Shown here piece by piece: positions 13,278 to 25,545 of a DNA stretch of 64,000 nt. The stretch comes from Glycera tridactyla (taxonomy: Eukaryota): NCBI GenBank assembly GCA_965644265.1, contig OZ286462.1:61938001-62002000 (forward strand). Direction: 5' to 3'. Position 1 is the stretch's first letter. Each line of letters opens with the position of its first letter. Both the position numbers and the translations under genes were made by a program. A model generated the notes under the pieces. The model was not told the origin of the DNA and did not search any database. It worked only from the letters and a program-made list of their open reading frames with translations.

Positions 13278-14824
13278 CAGGGGCTTGATGAGAGACAGCA
13301 TGCAGTGAGTCTGAAGTGAGAGTGGGGGTTGCATGAGGAGGGGGGTTGACCTTCCCTAATTAGGTCCAGCCCTGACCTCTATTGTGAGCACGAATTACCC
13401 CCCCCCCCCTGACCACTTCCAGTGAGAAGTATTAGCCTGCCCAATTAAGCATGACTGTATGCTACAAGGAGGGTGCTGATTCTGACCTACTTACATACAC
13501 AGCTGCCCTGATTGAATGGCTGGCTGGACCCTCACAACAGTTAGGAACATAGATTAGTCCACCCCTGTGCTATTCTGGGGTGAATGGGTGTCTGAGTGGA
13601 CATAGTTAGAACACCTACGACCATACACACCACAAGTTCACCCCTGATTTGAACCGGGATACCTTGCCAGGAGGACACACATTCACACATAGAACTACCA
13701 TTTTGCTGGGATTCTTGATCGAAATATTTGAGATACTGGATACTGGATTGCTGATACTGTGGACACATCAATTGACAATTTGGATGTACTGGAGATGCAG
13801 CATGAGGTGAGAGAAAGCAGTGATAGAGATATTCAAAGTGATGAACATTTTCAGCTTATTTCCTTAATCTTGGAGATTCACTCGTGACTGGAAGTTGGTC
13901 ATGAAGTGCATACAAAGTTCATGTGATGATCATTCTGGAATATAACCAATATTTCAGGAATAAATCAGACTGTTTTGATGAATTTGAATTATATCAATCG
14001 TTTCCCTACTAATTTCATAGACATCCCATTTTGAGTAGAAACCACCCAATATAATATTTTGAGATTGTGGATCATCTATATATTTCACAGAAGTAGTCAT
14101 GAAGTGGCGCTCAGTGGAGTCCAGAATTATTCGGATGAACATATCAGGATATGGCCCATTGGAAGTAAAGCATTTCAGAATAAATGTAGAGAAAATAGTG
14201 GGTCATAAAATCTAATTCCGCTGGGAGAACGTAATCCCCAATTAAAATTGAACTTGTAGTATCTAATTGCACACTAGAAGAAAAAGACTGCCGTTGGCGA
14301 ATTTGCATCCTGTAATGGAATGTGCAGATTGTAAGGCCGAATAATGGGCAGCCGAAGGTGATTGGGAAGTTAAATCGGAGGTCAGGTCAGGCCACCATCC
14401 TAAAATTGAACTGTGGCTTCTTTGATGTACATATGGCCAACAAGATTGAGGTGGAAATTATTCCCCTCATGAATAACAGATGAAGAAACAATTTCTCTGT
14501 GTTTCCGGCAAAGTGGTTACAGATTCCAGTCATGGGTATTACATTCACACCTACAGGCTGTTCCTATTGAACTTTGAGAATTGATTCAGTTACTCTGGGA
14601 TGTGAAGCCACTTTAGGGCATCCCCGCCCCATCCACCTCTCTACAATTCCTCCACCTAACACTATCATTTTTTTCAACTGAAGTTTTTTAAAGAATGTAT
14701 TATTTAAGAGATTCTCATCATGGATGGATGTAGTTACACCATGTGCAATATGTATTGCTTGTATTTTATAATTATGAATTTTCCAGACTATGAATTTTAG
14801 CAATATAGGCAACGTCATTTCATT

Positions 14825-14932
14825 TTGGCTAAAATGCCATGATTGTGGAATTAGGTGAATCGTGTTGATTCCAATTTTTTGTGCGGCTAAAATGCCATGA
14901 TTGTGAAATTAGTTGAATTGTGTTGATTCCAA
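14825..14932. repeat. Two-copy tandem duplication, period about 60 bp
   Basis: ggctaaaatgccatgattgtg(g/a)aattag(g/t)tgaat(c/t)gtgttgattccaa occurs twice. Confidence 0.9.
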
Positions 14933-15551
14933 AGTTATTCCTGTACATAGCTTAGGAGAGGTGATCTTAACTACTCAAATAACTAGATGGAATTTGAAAT
15001 ATGGACAGTGATGAGTTAAATGTCTGCCCTCAGCTGACATATACATCGATACAAGCAATTTGTTCTGATGAGCGGATACATCCACGAGGTACAAACAAAA
15101 TAGGCAATAGCCCCTCCCTAAGGTGAAGTTCAAATGGTCTGATGCTGGAGGCCTATATGTGGGTTCTAATGGGTTACCACTAACCTTCAGCAACGAGAAA
15201 ATCGAAATCATTTGAATTTCTCTTCTTTATTTCCAGAATGGAGATCATCCTCAGGTTTATTCTTACTCCCAAAACTCAATTTTTTGCAATTTAATTATGT
15301 GATTGCTGAGTTGATCTCCTCACCATGTTAGCACAATCACTGATTATATCAATATCTTTCTCATTTTATTTCAGAACCTCCTCAGACAAATTGGATTAAA
15401 TCTGAGCCATATTGTCAAAAATACCGTCTCAGATGGGGCTCCGCATTGCATGCATGCCAGATGTACTTTCGAATAAGATATTTAAAATGTGATTTCCTTT
15501 CTGCTTTCAGCACGCTGAATGTGTAGCGTGGCAAGTTTAGTGTTGTATGCC

Positions 15552-15737
15552 ATGGATGACATTCAAAGTATCGGCAGTTCGCTTGGTTACAAGTCATCTT
15601 CACGATCCGGACACTCACGTTATTCCCGATCCAGCGCTACCAGTTCTTCGAACCTTAATGTTTGCATCGGCAGTCCCGTCAGCAACAAACTTTCGTCAGG
15701 AATCAATGACATGTACATAGAGTCTAAGACAGACATG
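15552..15737 (+). CDS. Candidate N-terminal coding exon B of an unidentified + strand gene (MDDIQSIGSS...IESKTDM, 62 aa, Ser-rich)
   Basis: Acceptor tttcctttctgctttcag ends at 15510. Start context gccATGG, 62 open codons, and donor ATG|GTGAGT at 15738 (phase 0). Locally CpG-rich compared with the flanks. Confidence 0.7.
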
Positions 15738-15977
15738 GTGAGTAGTTTTTTGCCATTTTTTTTCTAATTTTGTAATAAAAAATCTGATACATTCACTGCA
15801 TGCTGGTGGCTGTCTAAAATAGTCATGACCTCAGTGAGTCCTAGAAAATAGTGATGCATTTTTCTCAGACTTCCTAATTTCAAGAAAATTGAATTGGAAA
15901 AGTTAATCCTTGGAAGCTAGATTGAATCCATGCTGTTCAACCCATCACAACCATCAGCTCTGCACATTTTCCCAGAA

Positions 15978-16036
15978 CTGCCATCTAGTGTCACATCAGT
16001 GAAACAGCAGTTCACAGATTCACCACTAGGTGCCAG
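15978..16036. promoter_or_regulatory. Divergent pair of CTCF-type sites
   Basis: ACACTAGATGGCAG (-, 15978-15991; TGCTGT 12 nt upstream) and CCACTAGGTGCCAG (+, 16023-16036; AGCAGT 11 nt upstream). Confidence 0.65.
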
Positions 16037-16927
16037 TACACATTCTCCATGCCTGACTCGAGCTGAGCTAGCTAGACAAGTACAGCATGCATGGCTGGAC
16101 TGGATGGGATTGGTGGGGTGTGCAATGGAGCATGACTCTCCCCTGGATTCAATCAGCATACTATCACTGCTTTTGTCCTCTTGATTTCTCCATCATGATC
16201 ATGCGGAGTGAGATCAGAGGACACCTGTTGGGCTCATGTTGGCTGCAGCAGCTGGAGGTATCTTTTTTGATCATCTTTATTCCCAATTGTCATCTCCATC
16301 ACTCAGACAGGAGGATGAGGTACTTCTTGGAAGTTAACCAGCTTTGAGACAATGACCTAACCAGATCAGAGAGGAGATACCTTTCAGTTATCCTGGTCCC
16401 AGGTGGTGAGATATGCTATCACTACACATTTATCTACCTCATATCCATAGCTTCCTTCTCACACATCAAGTTTGGTTATTAAATGAATTAGAAACTCATG
16501 AATTTTAGGGAATCATTCTCATAATGCTCCACTTCACTGTGGGAGGATGCATGGTACAATATGTCAACCGGTCATCACTTTATAGTAGATATAATTCCTT
16601 TTTCTGAGAATCATTTGTGATGCGTCCACTGCCAAAAACTGATAGCAATTGTTGGACATAATGAAAATCATTCTAATAATGGAATTCAACAGTATATTTC
16701 AACTTGATGGTAAATATTTGACTATTCCAACATCTCTTTCAACAACTTTTCATAGAATATCACCATATACATAAATTCATCACATAAATTTCTGTCAAAC
16801 AATTGCAACATTTACAGATTTCACTGATTTTCGGGCCATGGTATGATTCTGAAATTGGAGGGTGCAGAGAGATTAGTCATGGTATTCAGTTTCCCACAAT
16901 TGTGGAAAAGCTGATGTGGCTAATCAA

Positions 16928-16958
16928 GTGACACCTGGTGGCCAATTTCTGAACTGAT
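16928..16958 (-). promoter_or_regulatory. CTCF-type site with upstream motif
   Basis: Minus strand ATCAGT-TCAGAAATTGG-CCACCAGGTGTCAC, including the extended TGGCCACCAGG consensus. Confidence 0.65.
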
Positions 16959-18753
16959 ACTCATCTTGGTGACATCATGCCCATTGTTCCCAGTCATTGG
17001 GGGATTGTCTTTCAGCCTCCCCTCCTCACCCCCACTGATTGTGTTCTTATCAGATAACAAAGCAACTGTCAATCATCAAGATGTTGAGCATTTAGAAATC
17101 CATCAAATCATGGGAAAAAAAATCGAATACGAAATGAGAATGAGAAGACAAGTTGGATGTTTCATCTTTCCAGGGTCTGTCTCTGTGGAGTGTATTTCAT
17201 CTTTGTAACATTTATTTTTTTATTCAGCTCTACAATATTTTCTTATCTTTATAAGCCTGTGATTATCATTCCTTGGAAATCACCTTCGACAATTTCCATT
17301 CTGATACTGACATCATTGAGGATTTGCTGAACAAAAGTTTTCAAGAGTGGTATATGATCCATCATGTGAAATCCAATACACCAAAATATAGCATGTAGTA
17401 AATTCGATCCTGAATACAAAGACCACTTTTGGTTGCATGGAAAAATGGCCTTCATAAATAGGCGATCACTGTAGGCAAGCAGTATTTGTCGGGTGGTGGT
17501 CACTCGAGCTTGTTGAGTGCATACCTCAACTTTTGTAAGGATCGTTTGGTCTTCAGCATTTCCCGACAATGGTAGTTTGAAATGGGCACACCATTCCGAG
17601 CGGATTCTGTATGGTGAGCCATTTCTATAAAGATAAAATGGGTAGTTTGCTTTCAAACGAGGAATAAGTGAACAATAGTCATGTGTAGCATCACACCAAA
17701 AAATTCAAAATTCTGAAGAGTTCTATCATGAGCTGTGACATTTTTTGTGATGATAATGAGGAAATATGAGATATCTTACCATTTTCGAAGCAATAAATGT
17801 CTGACATGGTCAGTTGGTGTACAATATGCGCTTCTGCTCAAGGGCAGCTGTTTTGTCTGCAACACTGAAGGTGGAGAAACTGAACAGATTTTTGCGGTAA
17901 TGATTTGCATAGGAAGTGTGTGTTTGGTGTGGCAGCCATCTTGAATTAATGGCCGATAAATCAGCTGACCAGGTCGCGACTGGCAGTGACCTTGAAACTT
18001 TTATAGACTCGTGGCGATTTTATGCGCAGTGGGCGGTGGTGAAAGCATGCCTTCAGCCACTCTCTATGCTTGCCTCCCCAACAAAACCAATTTGTGGGCT
18101 GCTCAAGTAATTGTGCTATTTAAAAGTTGTAAAAGTGTAATTTAAGCAGAGGTTCTTGTCACAACATATGTGGATTGTCACTCATGCCTGCCATGCTGCC
18201 AGTATCAAATAACTCTTCAAGAATTTTAAATGAGGCAGGGAACATGGTAGCTTGGAATTTCAGAATAGACATGGTAGTCCCATCATGAAAATTTCTCCAA
18301 CAAAAGCCATTCTTCAAACTTCTTCAAATGAATCTCGGTTGGTGTTTTCTCTCCCATATGCTTGATATATTGACCATAGGCAACTGAAATGCAACCACCT
18401 CTTTTGAAAGACCAATATTCGGTAACAGTGTGGTCTCTTGTCGCAGGTTTGTCTGCAACAGCTTATCTGATGAACAGAAGGATAATATCTCAAATTACAA
18501 ATGTGATGAACTTGAAATTTTCATTTGACAAATAGTACAATCTGGACACCAAGGTTGCTGTCAATGTGTTTGTACCAATCATTTCAAAATTCATGAACCA
18601 TGTGGGACAAAACAAATAGGAACATCCCCTTTCCACAAGTGCTTGATAATACCATTCTGAATTCATCTCAGAAGGGGAAAACGACATGTCCTTACCATTA
18701 ATGTGCAATTCAGACTCATTCATTAAAAATGGGGAGGACCAATCAATTTTGAA

Positions 18754-18849
18754 ATGACACGAAAAGTGGGTGAGATGGATGAGAAAGAAAAGCTTGGAGA
18801 CATTCTGGGTGGATCCTGTTCTATTAAAGTGATGGATGGTTTTCTGATG
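18754..18849 (+). CDS. Possible further alternative N-terminal exon (MTRKVGEMDEKEKLGDILGGSCSIKVMDGFLM)
   Basis: 32 open codons ending ATG|GTGAGG (phase 0). The donor is weaker and the match could be chance. Confidence 0.2.
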
Positions 18850-19038
18850 GTGAGGAGTGAGGCCATGACTGTGTGTACTAACTGACTGTAATACATCCCC
18901 TATGTCAATATAGTCCTACATGTACTGTAGTGAGAGGCATGGGCAAAGAGCAAACATCCACGCCCTCTATCCAGAGGCTCCTAGCTCCCTGTTGTCCGAC
19001 AGCTGGACAGAATACCCTGCTGAACTCAGCTTCAAGTA

Positions 19039-19216
19039 CAGTAAAACCTGTCTTGGGAGACTGCCCCAAATGCCAACGAAAAGTGGTCTCTCAAGACAGG
19101 TGGTCTCTCATTGGAGGTATATTTGACTATGTCAAATAGAAAAGAGCCGATAAAGAGCGGTCTCCCATTAGAGGGTGGTCTCCCAAAAGAGGGGTCTCCC
19201 AAGACAGGTTTCACTG
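19039..19216. mobile_element. Tc1/mariner(pogo)-type MITE, 'GGTGGTCTC' family
   Basis: TIRs CAGTAAAACCTGTCTTGGGAGAC and GTCTCCCAAGACAGGTTTCACTG, TA TSD. Nearly identical to the copy at 36868. Confidence 0.92.
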
Positions 19217-19927
19217 TACTACTACATTATACATACAAAAGAAAATATGGAATGCCATTTTTCAAACTACGTGTACATCAGATTATTTGAATTGTGCAAA
19301 ATATAATACAAACAAAAAGGAATTCATTTGATTTTCGAGAGCACTAGTTTCGAAAGAACATATTCTAAGAAGAGCTTGTGCTACGATCTGCAGCACCAAG
19401 AGATAAAAGTCGAACCTGTCTGCAAAGACTGTCCTTGGTTGCACAAAAAGACAGTCTTTGTAAACAGGTTCTCTTTATACAGATTGTGTTTACTATAAAA
19501 AATAACAATGGCTTCAGGCAGTTGGTCATTGTATTGGGGAAGTTCCTTGAGCAGGTTCAATTGTAAATGAGTGAAGGATGACTCGCGTTGCTGTTTCAAT
19601 TCGAAATTTTGGGCCACAGAATTAGCAAAAAGCAGAAAAGTACAGTCAGCATGGTATCTCTAGATAGTTTGGTGGGTCTATGCTGGTTTTCACTGTACTG
19701 ACAGAAGGTGGAGCCTTAGTAAACAATACATGTTTGATATTAGGTAATATGCCAATAGATGTAACATTCAAGCCATAAATGTCATGCTCAGATTAATCTG
19801 GCCCTCAGCCAGCTGTCAGGCCTCCCAAAAACACTGACCATTGTAGTGGATAATGTTTGGTAATGGCTCCAAATTACCCAACCTGGAATAAGTGGGTGGG
19901 GCTGTGAAGAATGGGAGTGAAAAGTTA

Positions 19928-19994
19928 TGTAATGTTGTGTTCCACCACCAGAGGCCACTCTTACATCATACAGTACACAAATCCCAGAGGGCAG
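19928..19994 (+). promoter_or_regulatory. One or two tandem CTCF-type sites
   Basis: TGTAAT-GTTGTGTTCCA-CCACCAGAGGCCAC (19928-19958) and a weaker core ATCCCAGAGGGCAG (19981-19994). Confidence 0.5.
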
Positions 19995-21557
19995 CACTGC
20001 ATGATGGGTGTTCTGACAGTCTTCGACTCCCTTGACAATTTCTTCAACAAAGAGAGGATGTCAAAATATTTCCATCTCCTAGAAATGTCAACTTCTTTTA
20101 CATCTTATTGCTCCCACCATTGTGATGCCAATATTGAAATATCTCCCCCTTGTGTGCTGTAACTCTCCTCCATTGTGGAAAAAGTCAACTAAGTGCTTCA
20201 TTTTGAATACTACAATGAATCAATATAAGACAGTACAGATGCAGTACAGCAAGATTGTAGAGAACTCCTCATAAACGTCACTGGTCTTTCAATTGAGGTG
20301 GTCTCTCATCAAGGGTTCTCATTACAGTTTCCGCAATATACATAAAACTCTCTGGCCTGATATCTGAATATCTCCCCTTTTGAATACTCAACATCTCAAA
20401 ATATGGACAAAATTAAGGAACCAGATTTGTAAATACTGTCTCTCAATTTGGGAACTTCACAACATTGGTAATTAGTGAAATTTCCCATACATTCTCCTTG
20501 AAATCCTGGAAAATTCTCACAGTTCCAGAAGTGAAATATTCTTAACAAGGTTTTTATTGCTCAGCAGAATTTTGACACCTACCGCCACAACAATCCCGGC
20601 ATAACAGTAAGGTTATATTCATTAAAATCTCGGCGAACATTGTTGGCGACAAGTGGGTTGGCGTGACCACCGTGACGAGATGGCGGGTGACAATGGTAAT
20701 GACGGGTTCTGATACATTCTTGTGTAACCTCCATCACATCTCTTCAGTAGCTTGTCACTAGGGGTTAGACCACCATCATCCCATGATCACGTACTGCATG
20801 AATATCCCACACAATAGACCGTAACATCTCATAATCGCCCCAAATTACCCATCCTTATTGTATCTTTCAACATCCAACATCACCTCAAAATGGTCGAAAC
20901 TGGACCAAATAACTTTGGAAATAATTATAATTTATCCATCGGTTTTCGAATATTTAGTTCATTCAAAGCTCACTAGAGTGAGCTGTGAATTGGGAAGGTA
21001 GTATGATGGGGTAAATAGGACATGGGGTTGAAATCAGGGGTGAGCATTCGGTTGGGCAGATGGTAAGCCTGCCCACTCACAACTGTCATACCCCACTTGA
21101 CCATCCGCTGTGTCCCCACCATTGGGGACAACCCATAAATCAGCTCCCTATTGAAATCCCAAACCAACAGTCCAAACAATACTTCTACAGGTTATTTACC
21201 CACTTTCAATCAGAATTAGTGGGGTTATGATCTCTGGGATTCTCCTCCTCCGCACGATGAGTTTTAACAAAAGCTCGTGAGTTTGCTGTCCGTCTGGAGT
21301 ATTCCAATCTCAGGTGCCCGTCAGTTGACCATCCTCACTGGACTTGGTTATCAGTTGGTGGTATTTAGTCATGATTTATATTTCCGAACATCCTCAGCAC
21401 AAAGTGGCCACTTGGGATAGAACTGATAATATGCAAAGTGTATCATCCATTGTCTTTTGGGTGGGCGCAACTGTCAAATAAATTCCAGTTTTTCAAATCT
21501 TAGCTGTCATTCAGAAGTTATAGGTGATGGCTCCATGATAAGGGAAGCTCATTGGAG

Positions 21558-21627
21558 GAATACTGTTATGAAAGCATGATGCAAGCTCCACAGAATACTG
21601 TTATGAAAGCATGGTGCAAGCTCCACA
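21558..21627. repeat. 35-bp tandem duplication
   Basis: gaatactgttatgaaagcatg(a/g)tgcaagctccaca x2. Confidence 0.95.
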
Positions 21628-21942
21628 GCTATAATCAGGAATCTCAATAAAGTGTGAAGCTTCTTCAGACTTTTCTCAAGATTTAGGAAAAGTATGAAAT
21701 TTAGACAGCATTTTCATGAGATACGTCAGTTTGACTCCATGATGATACATGACATTGACCATAACCAACAGATGAAACATAACCAAAAAAACACAGCATA
21801 ACCATTCTTTTATTTCATGAATTTCTCATCGAATGAAAAAAGCATGACATTCTCTACAGTGAGTCTAATTCCATTGCTGAAATTTCATCATTTTGTTGAG
21901 AAAATATTTGAAACTCTGAGTTCATCATGTTGATGTTGATGC

Positions 21943-21956
21943 CCACTAGGTGGCAG
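21943..21956 (+). promoter_or_regulatory. CTCF core site
   Basis: CCACTAGGTGGCAG, an exact match to the CCASYAGRKGGCRS consensus. No upstream motif at the canonical spacing. Confidence 0.6.
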
Positions 21957-22674
21957 CAGCGATAGCCATCTGCTCCGGTAGCAGCCTCCTTCATAAATAA
22001 TACTATCATTACAACATTTTCATTTTTATGACTTCTTCAACACCAGTATCAATTCAATAATGCACCAATCCAGTATCTCACTGTACCATCAATTCTTCCA
22101 CCCCTCAATCACCACGCTCCACTTTATTGCCCAACTCCCCGCCCCTTCAAAAGCAATGATTTCATGCCTTTGTGCTATGCTCACTCCATGGTTGGATGTC
22201 TTATGTAATATTTATTATACCCCACCATCATTCAGGATGATTACACAACAGTGTAAATTGATGGGAGGATGGGAATTTTATTCATCAGCTGCCTCAGAAT
22301 TATTGGTCCAATGTTCGAATAACTGCCCTCGAACCCGTCTCTCACATCTCAATCACAACTTTCATGTGTTCATATACTACATTATTCTCCCATTCACCAA
22401 CTCCATCTGAAAGTCAGGAGAAAAAACTTTTATAAAACATTCATAAATCTTTGGACTCATGACAGTCTTAGTGATCAAACTAATACTCAACTCTCATAAT
22501 CTTATGCCACAAATGTGGGTGAACGGTTGTCAGTCCCAAATAATTCATTTTGACCTAGATTTCAGTGTACACCCAGAAATATCTGGGAAACAATGTCATG
22601 GTGGTGTGTGCAGTGATGCGTGTCACCAGTCAGAGCTACTAATAGATTGTGTGCCTGCTGGGAGCAAGCCTAGA

Positions 22675-22753
22675 CTGCCATCTAGTGTTTCTTGACTGAA
22701 CTACACTAGGGCACAGTGAGCTGCTGACATCTGGTGGTAAATTTGGAACTAAC
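22675..22753 (-). promoter_or_regulatory. Tandem pair of CTCF-type sites
   Basis: TGTAGT-TCAGTCAAGAA-ACACTAGATGGCAG (22675-22705) and CCACCAGATGTCAG (22724-22737, with GTTAGT 10 nt upstream). Confidence 0.65.
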
Positions 22754-25269
22754 CACCAGCACAATCATGTACATCTGAGATTGCCAAACCATCTCCAAAC
22801 TAAAACATGCATCCTCTATTGAGCCCCTGAAGTCACTGCTCTTAGCAAAATTAGGAAGAGGAGCCTTGGATAGGAAATTGAGTAATTTCTCTTAAGTGTG
22901 TGCATACGCGCCTGAATATTATAGACCAAACTGCCACACTGCTGCTGCTGCTGCTGCCACCACCACCTTCATCATCATGATGATCTTTATTAGTATCATC
23001 ATCATCCTTACTGATCTCTGGTGGTCAGGTTCACTTTATTATGATTCAGATGATAATATCAGCTCTAGTATTTCAGGGGTTAATCTTGGGCAGGTGATAT
23101 GGAAGGGAGGGGGATGATGGGTGGGCCAGTGTGGGGCAGCTGACAGTTAGGGCCAGCCCTAGCATTGTGCTTACATCTACTCTGTGATCCCTGACATGTG
23201 ATACAAAGATAAGACCAGCCCTTAAGACAGGCTGGACACTGGGGTACCACGCTTTCTTTGTGATTACCCCACTGCCACTGGGTGTTACATATGACCTGCG
23301 CTCCGACATGCTACCCACACCCAAACCCATTTCACTGATTCTGAACTCATCTTAAATTAGAGCCTGTTCACTTCAAGAAAACTCCATTGGATATCAATTT
23401 TAATTTTATCATAGAGAATGTGGCTTTTTTGACTGGATGAACTACTGAATGGATACTCCAGTTATGATAATATGAATAAATCACAGCATCTACGAGCACA
23501 CTCCTTTCCTGCCGTATTCACTATCATCCATTCAATACACATAGACCTTAGTCTTCACTGGAATAATCAAAATTCATAATGTAGAATGATGTCTCCCTTA
23601 AAACGGACAGACTATTGGTGAAGTGACCCCTGGTCAGGGGTTGCTGTGCAGGCAGGGGAGATGGGGAGCTATGATAATGCCCTGAGGTGGGGATATGTGG
23701 AGAGGGGCCGGGGAGCTGGGCAGGTGTGGGGTGATGGGTGGAACCCTACTATGATGTATGAGCACCGAATGCAATGACATGCTGGTCTATGTCAAACTTG
23801 ACAACATCCACCACAAACTGGAATTATCTCCACCACCCATTCTGAGACCAGTTTCATACACTAAATACAGAATAACCTATGATGGAGGAATTATCTGAGT
23901 GGTACAACCAGTAGCCAGTGGTCAGGAAGTGGTCAGCTGATGCACATAATGAGAAGCCAATCAATAACCGCGTCTTGGAGACAACCACAATCCTGTCACC
24001 AAGTTTCCTCCACAGAGTTCCTGACTTCAGGGCAAAAAGACAATACAGCATTATAGCATGTCTTTTACCGAGATTTTCTTTCTCATGTCATCACATTCAG
24101 TGTCATCGAAACTAACTGGAAACATGACAACATGCTCTTATAACTGGGCTGTGGTTTGACTAAATGATTATGACATTGTTAACTGATACCAGTGCAAGGA
24201 ATTACGTCATTGTTGTTGGAAGGAATCTTTTCATGTTGCTGGCGTAACACCCGTCACATGGTCAGAGAGTCCCCACAATGCCTCACTCAGGTGTCCCACA
24301 ATGCATCATCACAGGTATCCCATAATTCATCAGTCAGGTTATGAATACAAGGAGATCAGGTTTCTGACAACCAATCACTCTCCGATTTCACATCCCCTCC
24401 CCCACACTCTACATGTCATCCATTTTATACAAAACTTCATCATCATCCCATCTAAAATCCAACAAATACTGTACATCGCCAGAGTCCAACCATTTTTTTT
24501 TCTTCAAAATTTTCCTTCCCTCGAAAATCTCCTGGGGAGGAGTGATGAATCTTATAGACCAATAAATCCTGTAGGTTGTGGAAGAAGACCTTATAAATGT
24601 CTTCTTGGGTTACAGAGAAGAGACATGGGCCTCCCAAACATCAGACTATTAAATTGACTACAATGACTGTTATAATGAAGATTATAATGAATGTAATTGT
24701 TAGGTTTGAATGTTTCCATCAGAAACACATTTTCAGGGCACTCTAGGGCTGGCAAATACACTAATGGACTCTAAATGTTTGGTCTCATATCAGAATGGAC
24801 AGGGAACATGTCAAGATATAAGACTACATAATAACTATCATGTAAGTAGTCTTTATAAGGTTGAAAGCAGCTGGTATCACCCACCTGCAAGTTGATGCTG
24901 CTAGGTGCAAAGGTCCTTTACTTCCCCAGGCAGCACCAAAGCGGAGAGCAAAGGTCCCTCATTGCTGCAGGTAAGAGCATTACTACCCCCTCTGGTGAGG
25001 GTGGCAGGAACCATCTCCGGCCTGTCGCTTACACAATAGTACCAGTGAAATGAGAGAGGGAAGGTCAGGCTCGGAGAAAGCGCTGTTGTGCAGGTCTGAT
25101 TAGCTGATAGGCTGATGCTCTGACTTTGCATCGTGTCCAAATGATGACATCTGAATAAGCGTAAAATTTAATCCCTCCGTGACCTGATTATATTACATGT
25201 ACTTTCTCCCATTAACATGATAACACCTGATCATGTCAAATTTATGTGATGTCACATGGAGTTGAATAG

Positions 25270-25545
25270 TGCAATCGCTCTCTCCTTCTTTTGCTCTCCT
25301 ACTCTCTCTCTCTTCCAATCTCTCTGTCAGCCCTTCTCCTCTCCAAGTCTTTCTCCCCCTTCTTTCCCTCTCCTATTCTCTTTCTCCCTTCCAATATCTC
25401 TGTCAGTCCTCTTTCTCTTCAAATCTCTCCCCCCCCCCCTCTTTCTCTCCCTTTTTTTCCCTCTCTTACTCTCTTTCTCTCTAGCAATCTCTCTCTCTCG
25501 CCCTCTACCTCCCCCTCTCTCTCTCCACCCCCTATCTCCTTGGAT
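25270..25545. repeat. About 275-bp polypyrimidine (CT-rich) low-complexity tract
   Basis: Almost purely C/T on the + strand. It explains the spurious Leu/Ser/Pro ORFs in the track. Confidence 0.9.
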
